Positions 1 through 10,051 of a DNA stretch of 42,117 bases are shown here, in pieces. The notes below the pieces were generated by a model, which was given only the letters and a program-made list of their open reading frames with translations, was not told where the DNA came from and ran no database searches. The stretch covers positions 1-42,117 of the forward strand of contig JAUCBJ010002353.1 in assembly GCA_032718475.1 (NCBI GenBank), given 5' to 3'. Source of the stretch: Nemertoderma westbladi (taxonomy: Eukaryota; Animalia; Xenacoelomorpha). Numbering within the stretch: the stretch's first letter is position 1; each line of letters begins with the position of its first letter. The translations under genes were made by a program, and so were the position numbers.

Positions 1-360
1 CCAAGTTGAACAGTCAGTTCAACAGTCACCCGCTATAGGACTACTTTATGCCTGAAAGTGAATAGATTCTCCCGTCTCATTGATTTTAATCAGTTTAAGC
101 TGAATCTTGCCATATATTCTGGACCACATGCTGCGTCTTTGTGGGGGGGGGGGGGGGGGGGGGGGGGAGATTTAATCGGTCTGCCGCTATACGACGAAAT
201 TTCTGAAAGTGAGATCCGTCTCTCATTTCGTTATCCGTTATTCAAGATGAAACTTGGCCGATGTACGTATGTACTATTCATCCATAGGCTGTGTCTTTGT
301 GGGGCTGGAGACCCTAATCCATCTTCAGTTCTCACTATACCGCTAGAGTCAGAAATGTCT
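1..360. repeat. Fragment of a dispersed repeat related to the interior of the element at 20729-21240
   Basis: TTTTAATCAGTTTAAGCTGAA (~84) and AATCCATCTTCAGTTCTC...CCGCTAGAG (~316-348) resemble 21036-21140. Two imperfect internal units and a G-tract. Confidence 0.5.
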
Positions 361-377
361 GAATAGAAATGAAAGAG

Positions 378-617
378 CGCCAATAAGTGGTAAGAGGTAA
401 TACTCCAATATGCAATAGGTGAAAACACAACAGGTAAGGCAGTAAGGCCTGAAGGTATATTGGTAATGCAATACAGCAGTAGTGTTGCTCAAGCGTCAAC
501 TGACAGACGTACCGGTAAGATGATGAAAACCAAAACCGTAAGGCCAGATAAGGCCATGCCAAAACTATCCTACATGTAGTAATACATAAACAGACATGAG
601 GCCAAAGGCCCATGGCG
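378..617 (-). repeat. 3' LTR (240 bp)
   Basis: Matches 6175-6421 with 4 substitutions, one 8-bp indel and one 1-bp indel (counted by eye). Ends are CGCCA...TGGCG. Confidence 0.95.
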
Positions 618-624
618 CAACTAG

Positions 625-640
625 TTTTTTTTCCTGTTCT
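625..640 (-). other. Probable polypurine tract
   Basis: Minus strand AGAACAGGAAAAAAAA lies 7 nt before the 3' LTR. Confidence 0.55.
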
Positions 641-839
641 TAGGTTTCAGTTCGTAAATCTATAATACGGTTACACTAAGAACTACAAAGCTTGGATTAT
701 TACATGTTTATACATGCTACAGTTAGCACGATTATTTATACGCATAAAATTATCTACTAATCGTTCAATAATACTTATAATTGTATAATACGTATTGTTC
801 TATTTGATACTGGATGCTTCAGAACATGAGAGTGATAAG

Positions 840-3800
840 CTAATCATCAGAGTCAAAGTCGCATACATATTCCCTCAAGTAGGCTGGCGGTAGGTGTCGA
901 CGTTTGGAGCGCCGGAGTGGGGGATCCGCTTCAGCTGTCTGGTGAGGTTCAACATTGGTGAGATTTGTAGGATCGCCATCCACGCCAGGACCAATGAATG
1001 AGTAGGAACCATCATCAGAAGAGTCGAAGACATCAGTGGGTTTGGTAGGTATATGATCATGAGAACAGTGTCCACCAGGAACCTTGTAGCATTCAGAAGT
1101 TAAAACGCGATACGAACGTTCTCGGAACTGGTTCCTGGTGAATTTTCTTAGAAAACACCATTTCCCATTGATTGAACAAACGATATAACGAGGTCGGCTG
1201 TGTAACTTAGATCCATCTGCGTATACGTAAACAATATCGCCAACACAAATTGTTGATGTAGGGTTGGACCTGGAACCATGGCTCTTTGAACCAACACTGG
1301 ATGGATGGTTTAACTGGCGAGAAGCATGTTGGTTATGGACGATGGATTCATCATCAACAGGGATAGCACTGGAATTAAATTGGTCTCTTTGAAAGAGAAT
1401 TTCGCGTGATGAGAGACCTTGATGCCGAATTCTGGAATTTACATTGGCAATGACAATAGCTAGGAATGTTGGGGAGATGGGACCACCTGAAGGGTTTACT
1501 TTCAACATCTCTCCTATGACCTCCTGAATAGCACGTTCGGCGATAGGGTTTTTGTTAGGATTTTTGGCATCACCAAGTTCCAGTGTGATATTATATTGCG
1601 AAAGTTTGGTATCTTTTACAAGGGAACGGAATCCTGTAGCAGGGTCTACGCGAACTACAGCAGGGGGACCATTACATGGGCAAAAGTTAATACATAGGCG
1701 GATTAGGCCATCACGTAGACTAGTGGCAGTTTCATCAGATAAGAGACATGCGGAGGTATATGATGTGATTGATTCACGGATGACTAATATATACTGCTTT
1801 TCACGCCGAATGACATCAGCAGCAAATGATGATCCCATATGAAGAGGGGATTTGGTGGTAGATTGTGGAATTTCACGTCTAGGGGCAGTCGCAAGCGATG
1901 CACATTGGTGGCAATTGGTAACAACAGAAGAAATAGCTGGATCAATATCAAGTGCATAGAATGATCTAGAAAAAATTTTCCGGAGTTGGAATGAAGATGG
2001 GTGATTAAGTTGGAGATGGAGTGCAGTTAATAAGCCAATGAGAGATGGCCTTGGGACAACAATTTGTTCTTGAGCTCCGATGAAGGGCCGTTCCCTTCTA
2101 ACGACAACTAGTCCATCACGGGATAGTGAAGCTACCCCTAAGTACCGTTTTGTATCTCGAATGTTGGTCAACTTCTTTGAGGGACGGGTGCCTTGGAGTA
2201 GGTGAGCCTTAACACGATTTAGATCTGGACATTCAGACTGTGTGGTTAGCCAAGTTGAGCGAGTTGTATATAATGGATGGTCAAGATCATCATCCATCTC
2301 ACAACTAGCCGTCGAACGAATAACTGGAGATATAGAGGATTCATGAAGAAATGTGCATATCTGGCAGTTTGGAGAGGTGCAATCTGGGATATTGCGACTT
2401 TGAAAGTCAGCTACCAAATTTTTTTGTCCAGGTAAATGGAGCAAAGACACTTGGTATCTAGATACGGCTGAGAGAAATGTTGTTACTCTGGGGCTGGATG
2501 AGAAATTACCACGACAAAGCTTGCCAAAGGCTTGTATGCAAGGTTTACTATCAGATAGTACCCGAGTACGGTGATGTGATTGAATGATGAAGGGGGAGAA
2601 GTGGTTAAGTGCTGAGGAGATGGCTAGTGCCTCTAACTCACATGGTAACCATGTGACTTGGTGTACCTTTAACTTAGCAGAAAAAAATCCAGCTAATAGT
2701 AGTTTATTATTACGACGTATGAAAAGCACTGCGCCTAATCCATCGATAGCAGAGGCAGCATCTGTGACAAGCCAAAGTTCATCATCAGCACTGGGCAATG
2801 TAATGGATTTGCAACTCTTTAATGCAGCTTGAGCTTTACGGAAGACAGCAATAGAATCCTCACACCAATTAACCTTATCTTTAGACAAATGTCCAGCAGC
2901 CAGTGAATCAAGTGGAGCAACCAAAGACGCACAATGGGGGAGTACACGTGACAAAACCTTATAGGCACCAATGAAGGAGCGTACACTAGTGACAGTTTCA
3001 GGTAAAGGGCAAGTGGCCAGGGCAGTGATAACATGTGGTGAAGCGGAGAGTGAACCAGCTGACCAGACCCATCCAAGAACACTGGTGGTCTTGGGGCAAA
3101 TAACTGTTTTTGATGGTGAGAGTCTGAGGCCACATCGATGTAGAGCATCTAAGACTGCAGACCAAGTGTTGAGAACATCTGAGATGGAATTCCCACCACA
3201 ATAAAGGTCATCGGCAAGTTTCACCACATTTCCAGTAATCAGTAAATCTCCGAGGATGCGGCTTGTCAGCTCTTCAAGGGCAGTTTCAGAGCCTGGCATG
3301 CCCATAGCACATCGCCGATAAACACGAACACCTCGATAAGGTGTTACAACACCACAGAATTTCATGGAGCTTTTGCTTAATGGAATCTGGAAAAAGGCAC
3401 TTGATAAGTCTGTTTTAATTAAGAATTTGAATCTTGAGATAGCTAGTAATGTGGAGTTCACATCAGGAAGTTTTGCAGGTTGGGGCTTACAATACCGCCC
3501 AACATCGGCAAATGCTGTAACTAAGCGGAAGCCTCCTCGGGGCTTCTTGACTAAAAACGATGGATTTAAATATTCAACAGTAATACCTGCATCTTCTGGA
3601 GTTGAGAAAACACCTAGTTTCTCATATCGGTCAAACTCATCCTGGAGGGTTTGCAGATTTTCACGCCCATATAAAGGGAGCCGGCCTTTCCTTTGAGGAG
3701 GGGGTACCGGCCCCATGTTTACAACTGCCTCATATGGTCCAGCAGCACCATTATAACCAGGTAATGACCCATCAAATACATCGACATAGCGGTAAAGAAT

Positions 3801-5651
3801 GTCCTGAAATTTACTACGATCTGATGGGGATAGTAAGTTATCAGGGTCAAGTTGTAGTGAGCTGAGAATATTTTGAGTGGTGACACTGTGGTTGTCAGAT
3901 AGGGAATGTGGTACCTGAGTTGGACGCAACTGACTCTCGGGAACATCTGCAGAAGGAGTAGCAACACACACATGGCTGTTGCGTTGGATACGGATTGGGT
4001 AGTTTGTTTCATTTGGGATATGAATCACATTTGAAGTGCTGGATAAACACATTGGTGAGAACCATGGTTCGTTATTACCACTATTGGGATCAATATGAGG
4101 AGAAATATATATGTTGGGAGTATCACGTAACGAATCAGGGACTTCTAACTCTAAGGAGCTCTGGGGCCATACAATTGATAAATGAGATGGAGCCCTTAGC
4201 AGCGGTGAAGAAATTGATGTTTGACGAACAGATGTTCTATGGTGGGATCTAGGCAGGTCAGCGGAGTACTTAAACTGGCTACCATCTTGAAAAGTGATGA
4301 GTTGGAGTGAAGTGCGTAAGCTTATATCGTTTCGGCAAAGAAATGGTGCCCCACCAAGCACATCACACCCTAAGTTACTAACTACAAGGGCATCAAAGGA
4401 AAAGGATAAGTTACCACGAGTAAATGTGGTGAAAATCTCGCCGACAACTCCGAGCCTGGATACACCATCAGCTTGACTAGGGATCTGTTGGGAATTTGGA
4501 TATATGGGTATGTCCAAATTCTTTAGAAAGGTGGAGTTAATTAGGTTAGATTCTGCACCAGAATCAAGTATCATGCGTAGTGGTGTAGACTGAAAGTGTA
4601 AGTCAACATAAGGGGATCTGACAACACTGACACGGGATATGGCTGGGGGGTCATCCACTGTACATTCAAACATATCTTGGTGAATGTCAGTATCCTCATC
4701 AATAACCTCAATGGTTCGAGTGCGGACCAAAAATCGTTTATCCTGGTCTGGAAGGAAGTGGCATTGGCTGAGAAAATGTGTAAAATCACTGCGACCAGCC
4801 TGTTTGCATAGTGGGCAAATTTTTTGCATGCGAGGTTGTTCATGTGTTTGTGGCCGAAAGGGCTTGGGGGCAGTAGGTCTATGTGAATATTGTTGTGGGC
4901 GACTAGAAGTGGATCGCATAGTACGTACTTCATCGCTAGCTTGGAGCTCGTCTAATAAGGATGGGAGAGCCTGAGAAATCTCAGGTTTTATGGAAGACAG
5001 AGTCTGATGTCGCAATTCTGTACCATAACGCTGTTTAACTAGCTTTGGTAAATCGTTGTTGATTAATCGTAACCAAGTAAGAACAACAAGGTTTTCAACA
5101 GTAGGACATAATTCCTCATCTTCAGGAATGGGGACCCCATGGTGAGAAATGCCACCATCCTTTTTAAGCAAATTGTCATCTACAAAGGCTACCAATCTTT
5201 GGTATAGATCCTCTGGTTTTTCATCATATTCAAGCTTAATGGATGCTAGGTCCAAAAAATGTGCACCAGAGATTTGAAATCCAAAGTGCAAACGTATGGT
5301 ATTCCAGATAGATTGGAGAGAAGTGGACGTTTTAACTATTGAATTTCTAGATACAATGGGGCAATAATTTGCTATTTGCCCTAGCATAAGTTCTAGGGTT
5401 ACTACCTTTTGTGCTGCAGTGCGGCGCGATGTAGCAGGAATATCAGTCCCATCATCCACAAAGCCACGGGTAGGAGAAAGGCGAGATTTCTTTTCCCAGT
5501 GGGCAGAATCAAGGGTGAATGGGGCAAAGGCTGGGTCTAAAGCTAAAGTGTATAAAAGATTCTGTCTCCATGTTTCAAAGGTATTAATGGTTTCAACTTT
5601 AGAGAGAGGTATAATTTTTGGAGTACGTAGGGAACCTGTCGCTGTGGACAT
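840..5651 (-). CDS. Gag-Pol polyprotein (1603 aa, uninterrupted)
   Basis: Atypical Zn knuckle CPLCKQAGRSDFTHFLSQC; protease LDSGA; RT DLSSAFFQ...MGMPGS...LADD; RNase H TDA/ELEALA/SDSKP/ADFQSR; integrase H-H-CC, AADV, VDPATGF, IAERA. Confidence 0.95.
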   Translation of the reverse strand: MSTATGSLRTPKIIPLSKVETINTFETWRQNLLYTLALDPAFAPFTLDSAHWEKKSRLSPTRGFVDDGTDIPATSRRTAAQKVVTLELMLGQIANYCPIVSRNSIVKTSTSLQSIWNTIRLHFGFQISGAHFLDLASIKLEYDEKPEDLYQRLVAFVDDNLLKKDGGISHHGVPIPEDEELCPTVENLVVLTWLRLINNDLPKLVKQRYGTELRHQTLSSIKPEISQALPSLLDELQASDEVRTMRSTSSRPQQYSHRPTAPKPFRPQTHEQPRMQKICPLCKQAGRSDFTHFLSQCHFLPDQDKRFLVRTRTIEVIDEDTDIHQDMFECTVDDPPAISRVSVVRSPYVDLHFQSTPLRMILDSGAESNLINSTFLKNLDIPIYPNSQQIPSQADGVSRLGVVGEIFTTFTRGNLSFSFDALVVSNLGCDVLGGAPFLCRNDISLRTSLQLITFQDGSQFKYSADLPRSHHRTSVRQTSISSPLLRAPSHLSIVWPQSSLELEVPDSLRDTPNIYISPHIDPNSGNNEPWFSPMCLSSTSNVIHIPNETNYPIRIQRNSHVCVATPSADVPESQLRPTQVPHSLSDNHSVTTQNILSSLQLDPDNLLSPSDRSKFQDILYRYVDVFDGSLPGYNGAAGPYEAVVNMGPVPPPQRKGRLPLYGRENLQTLQDEFDRYEKLGVFSTPEDAGITVEYLNPSFLVKKPRGGFRLVTAFADVGRYCKPQPAKLPDVNSTLLAISRFKFLIKTDLSSAFFQIPLSKSSMKFCGVVTPYRGVRVYRRCAMGMPGSETALEELTSRILGDLLITGNVVKLADDLYCGGNSISDVLNTWSAVLDALHRCGLRLSPSKTVICPKTTSVLGWVWSAGSLSASPHVITALATCPLPETVTSVRSFIGAYKVLSRVLPHCASLVAPLDSLAAGHLSKDKVNWCEDSIAVFRKAQAALKSCKSITLPSADDELWLVTDAASAIDGLGAVLFIRRNNKLLLAGFFSAKLKVHQVTWLPCELEALAISSALNHFSPFIIQSHHRTRVLSDSKPCIQAFGKLCRGNFSSSPRVTTFLSAVSRYQVSLLHLPGQKNLVADFQSRNIPDCTSPNCQICTFLHESSISPVIRSTASCEMDDDLDHPLYTTRSTWLTTQSECPDLNRVKAHLLQGTRPSKKLTNIRDTKRYLGVASLSRDGLVVVRRERPFIGAQEQIVVPRPSLIGLLTALHLQLNHPSSFQLRKIFSRSFYALDIDPAISSVVTNCHQCASLATAPRREIPQSTTKSPLHMGSSFAADVIRREKQYILVIRESITSYTSACLLSDETATSLRDGLIRLCINFCPCNGPPAVVRVDPATGFRSLVKDTKLSQYNITLELGDAKNPNKNPIAERAIQEVIGEMLKVNPSGGPISPTFLAIVIANVNSRIRHQGLSSREILFQRDQFNSSAIPVDDESIVHNQHASRQLNHPSSVGSKSHGSRSNPTSTICVGDIVYVYADGSKLHSRPRYIVCSINGKWCFLRKFTRNQFRERSYRVLTSECYKVPGGHCSHDHIPTKPTDVFDSSDDGSYSFIGPGVDGDPTNLTNVEPHQTAEADPPLRRSKRRHLPPAYLREYVCDFDSDD

Positions 5652-6163
5652 ATCGGTGTTCTATGCGGATACTGGATATCGGCTGACCAGTATACCAGGA
5701 GCTTTTTTTTGTGGTAGGTTCTGGGGTACCGGTATATGTAGTAATAATGCTAAGTAGAGTCGGATTGGCAGACTGAGCTGTACGACGTATATCAGTCAGT
5801 ATATCGATGTTTACATAGACAGGCAACTGTGACCTGATAAGATAGGTATGGTTATCCAGCAGTCCGGTAAGGACGGTAATTATTGTCTGTGAATCCGAAT
5901 CTGGTTATGGCTAGGCCCTATAGGCTAGGTAATATTCACAGTTTGGTTGTTGGTTGTCAGTTGGCTCAACCAGCAACCGGTAGTGGTAAGTAGTACAGTT
6001 CTGGGTTAGTTCTGCAGTTGAGACGCGGTATTAGGTAGGCCTATATCACAGCCTATGATTTAGGCTACGACGGTAAGAAGATATACCTGCTGACCTGTAT
6101 GCCATATGCTGACGCACTTGTCGTGTTGAGATGAAGGAGCAAGGCGAGGCAAAGGTAAGATAT

Positions 6164-6174
6164 CGCTGCCACCA
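6164..6174 (-). other. Primer-binding site, tRNA-Leu type
   Basis: Minus strand reads TGGTGGCAGCG immediately after the 5' LTR, complementary to the ...CGCUGCCACCA 3' end typical of tRNA-Leu. Confidence 0.8.
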
Positions 6175-6421
6175 CGCCAATAAGTGGTAAGAGGTAATAC
6201 TCCAATATGCAATAGGTGAAAACACAACAGGTAAGACAGTAAGGCCTGACAGCCTGAAGGTATATTGGTAATGCAATACAGCAGTAGTGTTGTTCAAGCG
6301 TCAACTGACAGACGTACCGGTAAGATGATGAAACCAAAACCGTAAGGCCAGATAAGGCCATGCCAAAACTAAACTACATGTAGTAATACATAAACAGACA
6401 TGAGGCCAAAGGCCCATGGCG
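6175..6421 (-). repeat. 5' LTR (247 bp)
   Basis: Direct repeat of 378-617, abutting the PBS. Confidence 0.95.
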
Positions 6422-6603
6422 TAAGCTACTGCTAGTCTGCCAGTATGTCAGATACTCAATCTGTTGAACTGTATTCCTCCTGCATTACTAACAGCTGAAC
6501 AGTCAAACAGTAGGTCACATAAATTCAAATTTCCCACCCAGACATAATTCAAAAAATTACATTAAGTTTGCGTGCGACTTGGCCGTTATGGCCTTCACCA
6601 GGT

Positions 6604-6670
6604 TGCGCGCACAAACTTCCATGTCGCGCGCGCAAACTTACATGTCACGCGCGCAAACTTCCATGTCGCA
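6604..6670. repeat. 21-bp tandem repeat x3 (GCGCGCAAACTTCCATGTCGC)
   Basis: Directly visible; forms the junction onto the LINE fragment. Confidence 0.7.
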
Positions 6671-7430
6671 ACATTTGATGGGAATCCAAAAGCAACAGTT
6701 ATATGTTGCTATAGTCCAACCAATGCCTCAGAGCAAGAACAAGCAGTCAAGTTTTATGAAGAACTGACTGGACTTATAAAGGACATTCCGAAACACAATG
6801 TTAAAGTCATTGCTGGTGACCTGAATGCGCAAATTGGCCCAGAAGACATCAAGGGTTACACCTATAACACCAGTTCTAACAGAAATGGGTACTTACTTTT
6901 AGACCTAATGGAAGAATGGGAATTGTGAATGAATAAACAACACATTCGAAAAGATTAAGGGGAAGCTATAGATCTTTCAATACCCTAATGGAACCAAAGC
7001 ACTACTGGATTACATCCTTATAAACAAAAATTGGAGAAACAGCATGATCAACTGCGAGGCATACAGCTCGTTCGACCTAATTGGTTTGGACCACAGAATT
7101 GTGACTGCAGAGATCAGACTCAGTTTGAGAGCCAGCAAACCCAGGACAAGCAAGCAAATCAACTATGACTGGGAGAAACTCAGAACTGACAATGCTGTAA
7201 AGGATGCTTACACAGTAGAAGTTCAAAACCGCTTTGAAGCACTTCAGTCAATGGATGAAGATCAATCCACCGATTCAATATACCAGAATATAATAACAGC
7301 TCACAAGGAATCAGCTAAGAGGCATATCCCCCAGAAACCCAAACGAAAACAGTATGTGCCATGGCAAAACTCTGAGGTTACTTGTAAGAGGGAAGATCTT
7401 AAGATAGCCTACAAAGTTAAAACCTATCAT
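6668..7430 (+). pseudogene. RTE-like LINE, AP-endonuclease C-terminal half and linker (stops/frameshifts)
   Basis: CYSPTN, AGDLNAQIG, NRNG, LDYIL and DHRIV motifs across ORFs 6572-6928 and 7044-7460. Confidence 0.85.
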
Positions 7431-7535
7431 GTAATTCGTACTAATTTACAGTTGCCATAGTCAATAAGTATTTAAATTGGCAGTAATATAGAGCAATTTG
7501 TTATAGTATACATGTAATTTGGTGAAGGGCGTCTC

Positions 7536-7660
7536 ATTGTTGGTCATTGTTGCTCGTTGTTGCTCATTGTTGCTCGTTGTTGCTCGTTGTTGCTCGTTGT
7601 TGCTCATTGTAGCTCGTTGTTGCTCATTGTTGCTCGTTGTTGCTCATTGGTGCTCGTTGT
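7536..7660. repeat. Decamer minisatellite (TTGTTGCTCR)n, about 12 copies
   Basis: Directly visible; accounts for the spurious ORF 7519-7812. Confidence 0.85.
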
Positions 7661-8885
7661 GCATTTTAGCACCTACCAGATATGATAATATTGACAAGGA
7701 ATTCTTTCCGACGCGTTATCGAATACACTACAATATTTATGAAAAAATCAACGAGCTTTTAGCACAAATTTTACATTTCATTAACAATCCAAGTATAGCA
7801 GTACCCTTCTGACACGTAAATATAAACATTTCAGCAGGCCTACTGTAAGTACCATTGAAGGAATTTAAACAGCTTTAATTGTCAATATAATATATTATTT
7901 TTACGAATTATTATTCAAATTTTGTTATAACTTATTACGACTAACTATTACTTGTACTAGTTTAGTAGAAGTAGGATAATGGAGAGATACACATGCAGTA
8001 CTGTAGGCTATAGGCCTAAACTGTACTACAGTAGTAAAAGTTAATGTTAATGGACAGATACACATAGGCTGGGATCCTATACAGGTAATGCAGAGATACA
8101 CACACAGTAGGCTAGCCCTACTAGAGTACAGTAGTAGCAGTAATATAGGCTGAATTATTATGCGCAGTTGAAATGATTGCAGCTTAACTTAATCACAAAT
8201 AATCCCCTTGATCTGGTACTAATACGACTTCTAAAGCCACGAAGCGAAGTTCAAAGGAACACAAAGATATTTTAACATAATTGCTTCTTACAGTTCGTAT
8301 AATTCTTCAAGGTCGCGGGTTAACACAATTTATATATAATAAATTAACGTTTGAATAACGACTCTAAATTTGAAACCTACTGTAGTTCTCCATCTGTGTT
8401 ATAGCTTCATGCATTTATTCTAAAATCATCTCGCCTACCCTGAAGGTGCAAAGTTATTTATAAATACTGTATATCAGTCGTTATAATATTAATGATAGCG
8501 GGTAAAAGCGGAAAAAAGGCCAATGCAGTCCAATTCCAGCGGGTTCGATTCAGTATGCGGAAGTTTCCTTTGATGTACAAAGTTAATGTCTCGCCTGGGT
8601 ATTATTAAACCTCACGGAATCGCCGCTGCTTCCAATTTTAATAAGATGCATCGACTCTCTCACTCACTGACAGTCAGCAGAGAAAAAACACAGTTAATAT
8701 CGCTATATAGTGGTTTCCGTTCTCACCGCTCCACTAGCTCATCCCTTATGCCTTTATCTTGTATGGTACAGTTGTCGGGCTACTACTCCAGGCAGGGCAA
8801 TAAACAGCCACTCCAGTGTAATAAAGCTGTGAATTACCTGCTGAATCCTCAAGAATGCCGGCAACTACTGTATATCCATGTAATA

Positions 8886-9898
8886 ATTGAGTTTTTATCA
8901 ATCCTGGCTGGCGTACTGCAAGGTGGTACATTAGCACCATTACTATTTGTAATTGTGCTGGATTACGCAATGAGGACGGCCACAAAGGGTGAAGATCTGG
9001 GATTCACACTTCAAGAACGCAGAAGTAGTAGATATCCGGCAACTACAGTCACAGACACCGACTTTGCGGATGACATCGCCCTGCTCTCTAATACGCTAGC
9101 AGATGCACAGCTTAGTCAGAGTTAGTGTAAGTTGGAATCTCCACGGTAGGTAGGGTCCCGGGACCCTGGGACCCTACCCTCGCTACGCTAGTGGCTTCTA
9201 CTAAATAAAGTGGAGAGGGCTGCTAAGGAGGTTGGATTGCATATCAATGCTACAAGGACCGAATTTATGACCTAATGTTGATGGAAACTTGACAACCATT
9301 GATAATAATCAACTAAGGAAGGTCAATGACTTCCAGTACCTTGGATCATGGATAGAGAGTAGCAAAAAGGACATAGAAGTTAGGAAAGCAAAGGCTTGGG
9401 TAGCTCTATCAAAAATGGATACCATCCGGAAATCAGATCTCTCCAGTCACCTGAAGACTAAGTTCTTTCGAGCCACAGTGGAAAGTGTATTTTATACGGG
9501 GGTTAGACCTGGACACTGACTAAATCACTTGAACAACGAATTGATGGTTGCTACACAAGACTACTAAGGGCAGCCCTAAACATCAGCTGGAGACAACACA
9601 TGACAAACGCCGAGCTTTATGGTACAATACCACCTGTATCAACCACCCTCCATGAACGCAGACTAAGATTCAGTGGGCACTGCTGGCGAAGTAATGACGA
9701 GGTCATACCAGATCTACTTCTCTGGCAACCAACTCATGGAAAGCGTAGTCGTGGACGACCGGCCATAACATATATAGATCAATTTGAAAGGGATACTGAA
9801 CTTGGGAGAAACGAAATTGGGACAACTATGGAGAATCGGGAAGCCTGGAAGGATCTCATTTCCACTGTCCGAGTTCGCTCGACCTAGTAGTAGTAGTA
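8886..9898 (+). pseudogene. RTE-like LINE, RT C-terminal part with (TAG)n tail
   Basis: GVLQGGTLAPLLF, DFADDIAL, FQYLGS, RLRFSGHCWR...RGRP; stop followed by TAGTAGTAGTA. An ~80-bp MITE remnant (9114-9193, ends CTACGCTAGTG) interrupts AQL|LLNKVE. Confidence 0.88.
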
Positions 9899-10051
9899 TG
9901 CTGCGGATTCGGCATTGCGCTGCAAGAAAGCAAGCAAGATAAAGTATACTGTATTACAGTATTTGTATAATCTACTTGAGTAGTCGACCTTCAGCGTTTG
10001 ATACACTGTGGTATACTTGTACACTATAACAACACACTTATTCAGATATTG

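Larger units (their letters stand above)
378..6421 (-). mobile_element. Full-length Ty3/Gypsy-superfamily LTR retrotransposon
   Basis: Two direct LTRs (378-617, 6175-6421), a PBS next to the 5' LTR, a purine tract near the 3' LTR, and a single gag-pol ORF with domain order PR-RT-RH-IN. Confidence 0.95.

Noticed and set aside
1552-5757. Plus-strand ORFs antisense to gag-pol (and similar short ORFs overlapping SFXN2, SQOR, the LRR gene and the hnRNP exons)
   Set aside because: Short shadow frames of real coding sequence with no recognisable motifs.
7519-7812. 97-aa Cys/Leu-rich ORF
   Set aside because: Translation of the decamer minisatellite.
8586-9125. 179-aa gene
   Set aside because: Chimeric frame: only the part after ~8886 is LINE RT, and it is cut by an insertion at 9114.
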